In this document: one piece after another, positions 57,628-64,000 of the stretch | How positions within the stretch are numbered: the stretch's first letter is position 1 | How the letters are laid out: each line of letters opens with the position of its first letter | Assembly: GCA_013204395.1 (NCBI GenBank) | Contig: JABMNZ010000003.1 | Location: 13,570-77,569 of the forward strand | DNA: 64,000 nt | Reading direction: 5' to 3' | From: Parcubacteria group bacterium | GTDB taxonomy: Bacteria > Patescibacteriota > Patescibacteriia > UBA9934 > GWF2-40-263 | Position numbers and translations under genes: made by a program | Notes under the pieces: model-generated | Database searches by the model: none | The model's input: the letters and a program-made list of their open reading frames with translations, nothing else | What the model was told of the DNA's origin: nothing

Positions 57628-58701
57628 ATGAACCTACTTGAACAACTACAGGCCCATAAGGACCGCCTACAAGATCTTGAATCCAAACTGAATTCTTCAG
57701 ACGTTCTTTCTGATCCAAGAAAAATTCGAGAAGTGAACGAGCAGTACGCAGCCGAGCGAGACATCATAGAGGTGGGCAGTCGATATGAGAGTGTCGTAAA
57801 AAATCTAGACAGTGCCCGCACTACACTGAGTGAAACCTCTGAAGAGGAAATGAAAGAGCTCGCTCAAGGTGAAATAGATGAACTGGAAGTATCCCTGCCA
57901 ATTTTAGAACAAGAATTTACGGTCGCATTGATTCCACTGGATCCAATGGACAATAAAAGTATTATCGTTGAAATCCGTGCTGGTGCAGGTGGAGACGAGT
58001 CTTCCCTTTTTGCAGCAGAACTCATGCGCAGTTACAGTATTTACGCTGAAGTGCAGGGATGGAAAACAGAATTGATTTCAGCAAGTCGCACCGACGTTGG
58101 TGGATTCAAAGAAGTTATCTTCACAATAAAAGGAACCGGTGCGTACAGCGCACTTAAATACGAAAGTGGAGTCCATCGCGTGCAACGCGTTCCTGAAACT
58201 GAGAAACAAGGACGTGTCCACACTTCCACAGTTACTGTTGCCATCATGCCAGAGGTGGAAGAAGTTGACGTTCAGATAGATCCAAAAGATTTGATCATTG
58301 AAGCAACCACATCCACAGGTGCGGGTGGACAAAGTGTAAACACCACCTACAGCGCGGTGCGTATCACCCACACGCCAAGTGGCATCATGGTCTACTGCCA
58401 GGAAGAACGCTCACAGAAGCAAAATAAAGAGCGTGCCTTAGGTATTATTCGAGCGCGCGTGTACGCCATGGAGCAAGAAAAAGCACGTAAAGAAAGGGAA
58501 GATGAGCGCCGTGGCCAGATTGGTACCGGAGACAGATCTGAAAAGATACGGACCTATAACTTCCCTCAAGACCGAGTCACTGATCACAGAATCAACCAAA
58601 ACTTCCACAACCTCCCGGGGGTTATGAGTGGTAGTCTTGATGAAATAATTACCGCACTAAAGTCCGAGGAAATAGAACAAAGACTTAAGGAGCTTGGCTA
58701 A
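57628..58701 (+). CDS. prfA: Peptide chain release factor 1
   Basis: EIRAGAGGDE, HRVQRVPET (PxT), GAGGQ, RSEKIRTYN. Confidence 0.97.
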   Translation: MNLLEQLQAHKDRLQDLESKLNSSDVLSDPRKIREVNEQYAAERDIIEVGSRYESVVKNLDSARTTLSETSEEEMKELAQGEIDELEVSLPILEQEFTVALIPLDPMDNKSIIVEIRAGAGGDESSLFAAELMRSYSIYAEVQGWKTELISASRTDVGGFKEVIFTIKGTGAYSALKYESGVHRVQRVPETEKQGRVHTSTVTVAIMPEVEEVDVQIDPKDLIIEATTSTGAGGQSVNTTYSAVRITHTPSGIMVYCQEERSQKQNKERALGIIRARVYAMEQEKARKEREDERRGQIGTGDRSEKIRTYNFPQDRVTDHRINQNFHNLPGVMSGSLDEIITALKSEEIEQRLKELG

Positions 58702-58702
58702 T

Positions 58703-59374
58703 ATGCAGGCAGTCATACTCGCTGCGGGCAAAGGCGCACGCCTGCGTCCCGTTACATACACCACCCCCAAACCTCTCATTGATCTGTGTGGAAAGCCACT
58801 CATCGAGCATGTGCTCAGCGCACTGCCAAAAAGGATCGATGAGATTTTTGTTGTCGTAAACCACTTGCGAGATCAGATCATCGAGCGCTTGGGAGAAAAC
58901 TGGAACGGGGTGCCGATCAAGTACGTCGATCAAGAACCTCTCTCTGGTACAGCGGGTGCCGTGCATCTTCTCAAGAATCATCTGAGGGGGTCTTTCCTCG
59001 TCGTTAACTCTGACGACATTTACCAAGCTGAGGACCTTGCTCGTTTGGTAGAACACCCTATGGCCATGCTCTTCCAAAAGTCCGACTCTGAAAAAAAGTC
59101 CGGTGCGCTTGTTAGTAATGGTCGGTTCACAGGTCTTGGTTTAGGAAACAACGCTGTGTGCGGCGCGTACGTGCTGGACCAGAGCTTTTTTTCAATCGAG
59201 CCCGTTGAAATTCACGTGAGTGAGTTCATTGAACTTGGCTTACCACAAACACTTGCCGTGCTCGCCACAAGCGAAACAATCGCCGCTGAGCCCGCAACAT
59301 CCTGGATCCCTGTGGGGAATCCAGAGCAACTTGCGCAAGCTATCCACCGGATTTCTGGACAAGTCTGTGGATAA
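58703..59374 (+). CDS. Sugar-phosphate nucleotidyltransferase
   Basis: AVILAAGKGARLRP...PKPL, QEPLSGTAGA; start trimmed to ATG 58703. Confidence 0.9.
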   Translation: MQAVILAAGKGARLRPVTYTTPKPLIDLCGKPLIEHVLSALPKRIDEIFVVVNHLRDQIIERLGENWNGVPIKYVDQEPLSGTAGAVHLLKNHLRGSFLVVNSDDIYQAEDLARLVEHPMAMLFQKSDSEKKSGALVSNGRFTGLGLGNNAVCGAYVLDQSFFSIEPVEIHVSEFIELGLPQTLAVLATSETIAAEPATSWIPVGNPEQLAQAIHRISGQVCG

Positions 59375-59423
59375 CATTGGGTCAAAAAGATAAAACCTAG
59401 AAAAAATGGGCGTGCGGTGGCCC

Positions 59424-59451
59424 TTGACACATTTTTTCTAGAGAGTATCGT
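59424..59451 (+). promoter_or_regulatory. Putative sigma70 promoter of the large ncRNA
   Basis: TTGACA (59424-59429), 16 nt, TATCGT. Confidence 0.55.
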
Positions 59452-59452
59452 A

Positions 59453-60608
59453 GTCGTTACCGCTGACTGAACGGAACACCTGATTTAAGAGAACGGGCTT
59501 GCCCGGTCCCTGACGTCGAGTGTGACAATCAGACAGAACAGCAGTGAACAGTTGGATGAGGAACCTCGGTTCCATTGATCCTCTGGAAGGCGCCGAGACC
59601 TCGGTTAGACGCGCTCTCCTCAACCACTTCGGTGGATCTGTAAACTGTGCACCCGTAGCAAAAGGACGTTGAAGTGAAGCTTGCTTCACAAAAACTCTGT
59701 TAAAAAGACTGCAAAGACTTCGGTCCCAAACAGACACTGTAACCAGTACAACCGCAAGGTTGGTCCAGTAGCTGCAAACCGTCACGGATGAAAGTATCGG
59801 CTTGCCGAGACTGGATGAAGTGACAGATCGATAGATCGTTGAGGCATGCTACGGCGTGCCAGATGGCCATCACAACTTCCAGAACAACGAACTGGTTAAC
59901 AGTACGGAAGTGAAAAAGGTATAGATCTCGAGGCCTCGGCCAATTGATCCAGCTCTGCCAGAGCATGAAAAAAACCTTTGAGATGGAGAGCCAAGCAAGT
60001 GAGTCCTTCTGGGCAAGCAAGCTATGGTGCAACGATCTATTGATCAGACGAGGAAGAACTGGGTAATACCAGAACTGAATCGTCACCCTCCCCTGTAGAT
60101 CCAGGAATACTGGCTGAGTCCAAAAGTCGGCGAAAGTCGGACTGAAACTCTTCTACAGGAACCTGTGAACAACTCGATGATTTGAAGTGACTAATGGGGA
60201 AACCTGGATGTCTAACCACTCAGACCAGACCTTCGGGAATGGAATGAAAGGTCAACTGATCTGAAATGAGTGTTGTGCCTACCACAATTGGCAAAGCAGT
60301 TCATGGGAGCGACGGAGTTGGTGAGGTGTTTGAAAACGAGAAGAGGCATCCTTCGGGAAGTCAGACACTCGCTACGAGCGCCTTGCCACTCCGGCGTTGA
60401 GGAGGAATCCTTCGGGGTTCCAAAACACCGAGACTATCCGCAAGGAGAAACCTCACCCAACCGGAAGAGGTTGCCACGCAACCCGATCCACGTCGCCGCT
60501 TCACAGCAGCGACAACGCTTAGTCCAAATCCCAAGTGCGACCCCCCCCGCACTCAAGACAAGGACAACGCCGGACCATCAGCTCATAGAGCCTGGTCCGT
60601 TTTCTTTT
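59453..60608 (+). ncRNA. Candidate giant structured non-coding RNA (about 1.15 kb), class unassigned
   Basis: No credible ORF; many UUCG/CUUG/GNRA/UACG-capped hairpins on the + strand; long-range helices; 5' and 3' ends complementary; upstream promoter and downstream terminator. Confidence 0.8.
60571..60608 (+). terminator. Intrinsic terminator closing the ncRNA
   Basis: CGGACCA...TGGTCCG followed by TTTTCTTTT. Confidence 0.75.
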
Positions 60609-60644
60609 AGACAACTTTTACTTTTGTCTGCTACTGTTCGTTTC

Positions 60645-61556
60645 ATGACAATCATGGAGGCTCTACAATGGGCCAATAACAAGTTAAAAAAGGCTGGTGT
60701 AGATTCTCCAATGCTGGACGCTGAGATACTGCTGGCACATACCCTGGGCGAAAGTAAAGCCTGGTTGTTTTCACATTTTAGCGACAAGTTAAAAATTCAT
60801 CACCGCGAACAGTTCCATGAACTTATAGACAGAAGGACCGCTCGAGAACCAGTGGCATACATCACCGGAAAAAAAGCCTTCTACGGCCGAGACTTTCAAG
60901 TAAACGCGATGGTGCTAATTCCCCGCCCTGAAACCGAAACGATGGTTGAGGTTTCTTTAAAAATACTCGAAGGCCATGACCCTGAAAGAACACTTGTGTG
61001 CGATATAGGGACAGGGTCAGGAGCGTTAGCGGTGACACTGGCGGCAGAAACATCCCTGTCCGTTATTGCTATCGACGTGGACAAGCAGGCCCTAAGTGTC
61101 GCTAGCCAGAACGCTACTCAACTGGGCGTCTCAGACAATATCGATTTTCAACATGGTTCTCTCGCAGAACCTCTCATTCGTATTTTTAAAACAATCCGCG
61201 GGCAGACAAAGGTAAAAACCTCATCGGTCTACCCTTTTAAACATCTTCTCATCACAGCAAACCTCCCCTACCTTCCAGATAGCCGATTAGAGTCCACACA
61301 GCCAGAAGTACACGCCTACGAGCCTCATTTAGCCCTTGTGGCGGGTCGTGATGGCCTGGACGCGTACTTTGATCTATTTAGACAACTAAGAACCAACAGG
61401 ACCATCCTCCCCCGCCGCGTGACCGTACTCATTGAAATAGACCCCGAACAACGCCGTGGCGCCGAGAGTCTAATAGAACATGCCTTCCCAACTGCAAAGA
61501 TGAATGTACACAAGGACCTACAGGGCCTAGACCGAGTGATCGAGGTTGAGGTGTAA
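60645..61556 (+). CDS. prmC: Release factor glutamine methyltransferase
   Basis: LDAEILL, EPVAYITG, LIPRPETE, DIGTGSG, NLPY; start trimmed to ATG 60645. Confidence 0.94.
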   Translation: MTIMEALQWANNKLKKAGVDSPMLDAEILLAHTLGESKAWLFSHFSDKLKIHHREQFHELIDRRTAREPVAYITGKKAFYGRDFQVNAMVLIPRPETETMVEVSLKILEGHDPERTLVCDIGTGSGALAVTLAAETSLSVIAIDVDKQALSVASQNATQLGVSDNIDFQHGSLAEPLIRIFKTIRGQTKVKTSSVYPFKHLLITANLPYLPDSRLESTQPEVHAYEPHLALVAGRDGLDAYFDLFRQLRTNRTILPRRVTVLIEIDPEQRRGAESLIEHAFPTAKMNVHKDLQGLDRVIEVEV

Positions 61557-61558
61557 AC

Positions 61559-61587
61559 AAAAAACCGTCCACGTGGACGGTTTTTTT
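61559..61587. terminator. Bidirectional intrinsic terminator
   Basis: AAAAAACCGTCCACGTGGACGGTTTTTTT between convergent genes. Confidence 0.8.
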
Positions 61588-61596
61588 ATTTTGTTT

Positions 61597-62685
61597 CTAT
61601 TCTATCTCAATAGATTCTTCACTAGGCACCACTTCGATCCATGTCACACCAGCATTCATAACAACCTCTTCTTCTCCCACATAGAACCGCAGTCGCTCTG
61701 ATGCGCTTGGTTTGCGCCACTCAACTTCTATCACCAACCCATCTTGTAGAACATATCCATCCCCCACTCCAGTCGTGCGGATCTTACGCCTACCAACGCC
61801 ATCAATAACAGATACGTCTGTTATTACAACGGCAACGTTATCAGCCTCAATGCGGGCAGCTTCATCCGTCACATGTGGTGAATCGAACTGCCATCTTTCA
61901 TACCGTCCACTTTCTGAGTTGTACTCCCAATCAACGGAATAGACCGGTGGGTTAAAATCGATACGAATATTTGATGTGGAATCAGTTGGCTCTGGATCTT
62001 TAAAGTTCCACAGTCCGTACAAACGCTCTGGAGCTACACCACTTTCTTCACGTAATGCAGAAAAGGTTGAAAGGCTCTCGGTGTCGACATAGACGTTATG
62101 TGGGGCATAACGGTCCGTTGAACGCCAGAAATAACTCCCCCACCAATATTGATTGAAATCAAACGTGCTCCCAGAGGCAATCAAGTCTAGCGCGGCATTT
62201 GAACCACCCACATGGGTATACAGAGCGTCTAGCTCATTGTTCCAATCCAAGTAATACGGACGAGCTGATCGCACAGGACCAATCTTCTCAATCTCTTGAC
62301 CTTCGTAAAAGAATGCAAGCATCCTTGAAATACCAGCCTCAACAGGAGCCTCTACAACCAAGAACGCCTCATCGACCCCAGACGGTGGCCACGCATCCTC
62401 GTGGTTGTCGATCATTACACCGTAGACACCCAAAAATCCTTCAACTTCTTCGTACACACTCACACCTGTAAGAGGATGCCTATAAGTAGTTTCTAAAACA
62501 TCTCCCCCATCAGCATCAGATGTTTTCTCAATAGCTCTGTAAACAAAATCTGGAAGCACTAATGCAACAAGTACACCCAACACAATTACAACCAGAAGAC
62601 CGACTGACATTTGCCAGTCGGTCTTCTTAAAGCGTTTTATAAAACGCTTTGTCTTTTTAATTTCCTCCTTATTTGATTGTGACAT
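61597..62685 (-). CDS. DUF3048 domain protein
   Basis: PLTG, VMIDN, GPVRSARPY, APHNVY. Confidence 0.88.
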   Translation of the reverse strand: MSQSNKEEIKKTKRFIKRFKKTDWQMSVGLLVVIVLGVLVALVLPDFVYRAIEKTSDADGGDVLETTYRHPLTGVSVYEEVEGFLGVYGVMIDNHEDAWPPSGVDEAFLVVEAPVEAGISRMLAFFYEGQEIEKIGPVRSARPYYLDWNNELDALYTHVGGSNAALDLIASGSTFDFNQYWWGSYFWRSTDRYAPHNVYVDTESLSTFSALREESGVAPERLYGLWNFKDPEPTDSTSNIRIDFNPPVYSVDWEYNSESGRYERWQFDSPHVTDEAARIEADNVAVVITDVSVIDGVGRRKIRTTGVGDGYVLQDGLVIEVEWRKPSASERLRFYVGEEEVVMNAGVTWIEVVPSEESIEIE

Positions 62686-62687
62686 GA

Positions 62688-63374
62688 CTATTCAGCTTTC
62701 TTCTCCTCACCTTCAGCTGGAGCCTCACCTTCAGCGGCAGCCTCACCTTCAGCTGGAGCCTCACCTTCCGTAGGTGCTTCTCCTTCAGCTTCGTCCAATG
62801 CAGCCATTTCAGCTACGGTCCGCGGCTTACTTACACTAACGATAGTTAGATTTGTGTCGCCAACTATCTCCATCCCTTCTGGCAAGTCTAGATTTACTAA
62901 ACGGATTACGTCATCAAATGTGGCAAGCTGTGTCAGATCCACATTAATAGATCGCACCAACTTTGATGGAAGTGCTCGTACCAATACCGTCTCTCGTGAA
63001 TTCATAAGAGTTCCACCGAGGGTCTTCACAGCAGCAGCTTCACCGACAAACTCAAGGGTAACAACAGCCTCAATAGGCTTGTTCATATCTACAGATCTAA
63101 AATCTATATGAATCACCTCATCACGAAGCGGATCAAGATCGTAGTCGTGGATCAGAACATTAAGAGGTTTTGCATCTGCGACCGAAAGCTCAATAATTGA
63201 ACTCTCACCAGCCGCTCGATAGACCTTAATAAATTCCTGGCGATTAACAGATATGCTCTGTGGATCAGTTCCATCACCATAAACCACAGCTGGGACAAGA
63301 CCTTCAGCACGAATAACATTCGTTTTTCGGCCCTTTTGAGTACGTGTTTGTGCTTGTAGAGTAATTTCAGACAT
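62688..63374 (-). CDS. rplY: 50S ribosomal protein L25/Ctc
   Basis: VPAVVYG, HIDF, acidic EGEAPA tail. Confidence 0.95.
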   Translation of the reverse strand: MSEITLQAQTRTQKGRKTNVIRAEGLVPAVVYGDGTDPQSISVNRQEFIKVYRAAGESSIIELSVADAKPLNVLIHDYDLDPLRDEVIHIDFRSVDMNKPIEAVVTLEFVGEAAAVKTLGGTLMNSRETVLVRALPSKLVRSINVDLTQLATFDDVIRLVNLDLPEGMEIVGDTNLTIVSVSKPRTVAEMAALDEAEGEAPTEGEAPAEGEAAAEGEAPAEGEEKKAE

Positions 63375-63480
63375 AAGTTTTATTCAGTAGTAGCGGCGCC
63401 ATTGTGCGTAAAATCAACAAAAACGTCAAGTGTATAGAGAGTCCCCTTGGGTTTGTCTGAAATAAACCTAAAGACGTGCC

Positions 63481-63891
63481 CTAGCACGTCTTTTTATTCT
63501 TCTTAGTTTCCCTCAAACGTTTCCTCATTACTTTTGAAAGTTGTTCCCGATAAACCCTTCCAAGTTCTTCTTCCCATCCAGATGATTCAATCCACCGGTG
63601 AACCTCAATGACATCATCGAGTTCAATGGCCTTTTCTGAACGGAATCTTAAAACATCCTCATATGATAGGTCGGTCAAAAGCCCAACGGAACTCGCACCA
63701 ACTTGATTAACAAGTACCAGAGCCAGAATGGAGCTCATGCATTTACGACACTTGACGTGTAACAATTGTGTCTGCCCTTGCTCACCAAGCATGCGCGCCT
63801 CCATTGAATTGTAGCGCGTTTCACACACCGGACAAAAAGAGACTAGCTTGAGACCTTCATTCCACCGATTAGAACCTTTTGTTGATGACAT
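63481..63891 (-). CDS. Hypothetical zinc-ribbon protein
   Basis: CPVC...HVKCRKC, GLLTDLS. Confidence 0.75.
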   Translation of the reverse strand: MSSTKGSNRWNEGLKLVSFCPVCETRYNSMEARMLGEQGQTQLLHVKCRKCMSSILALVLVNQVGASSVGLLTDLSYEDVLRFRSEKAIELDDVIEVHRWIESSGWEEELGRVYREQLSKVMRKRLRETKKNKKTC

Positions 63892-64000
63892 ACGGTTGCA
63901 ATAGATTCATAAGAACAAGTCTCCATGAGAAAGACGACGAATCATCTTCACTCTACTGATACTCTACCATAGCTCATTTGACGTGACTACCACGCGTTCG

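Noticed and set aside
59367-59375. Perfect DnaA box (TGTGGATAA) as a replication origin
   Set aside because: Single box overlapping a stop codon; no cluster, AT-rich unwinding element or dnaA nearby
59453-60608. RNase P, tmRNA, rRNA fragment or self-splicing intron
   Set aside because: No GAGGAAAGUCC/P4 motif, no tRNA-like ends with a tag ORF, no recognisable rRNA conserved blocks, no interrupted host gene and no GUGYG/domain V seen by eye; still needs cmscan confirmation
59438-60644. ORFs 59438-59785, 59700-60086, 60037-60219 and the 125-aa N-terminal extension of prmC
   Set aside because: No protein-like motifs; PrmC homology starts at ATG 60645 after a terminator; the region is better explained as structured RNA
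62700-62790. Tandem 18-nt repeats
   Set aside because: They encode the ordinary low-complexity EGEAPA tail of L25/Ctc

Overview
Bacterial chromosome segment. The gene repertoire and style point to Patescibacteria (CPR/Parcubacteria-like), which is inferred: tightly packed, mostly SD-less core genes, archaeal-type UMP kinase, short TsaB, short EF-Ts, DUF4012/DUF3048 and many orphans; standard code 11. Core genes lie mostly on the minus strand: glycosyltransferases, mreB, rplJ-rplL, pyrH, xseAB, metK, lexA/PolY, malic enzyme, UvrD/PcrA, mltG, nth, gpmI, eno, pgk, gap, tsf-rpsB, queA, rpmE-prfA-prmC and rplY. Four things are not explained by the gene list. (1) A ~1.15 kb non-coding unit (about 59453-60608) between prfA and prmC, with its own promoter and terminator, many stable tetraloop hairpins and long-range helices: a candidate giant structured ncRNA that I cannot assign to a known class. 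(2) Five same-strand copies of a ~78-nt bulged hairpin with a near-invariant core and covarying outer stems, one read in frame inside a Y-family polymerase. (3) Three 30-nt in-frame palindrome-derived inserts (xxxAxSGSAG) in metK and a histone-H1-like gene. (4) Many stand-alone orphan cassettes with their own TTGACA promoter, SD and terminator, some sharing identical terminators. No rRNA, intact tRNA, CRISPR array, transposase or integrase was recognised. All calls are by eye, with no searches run.
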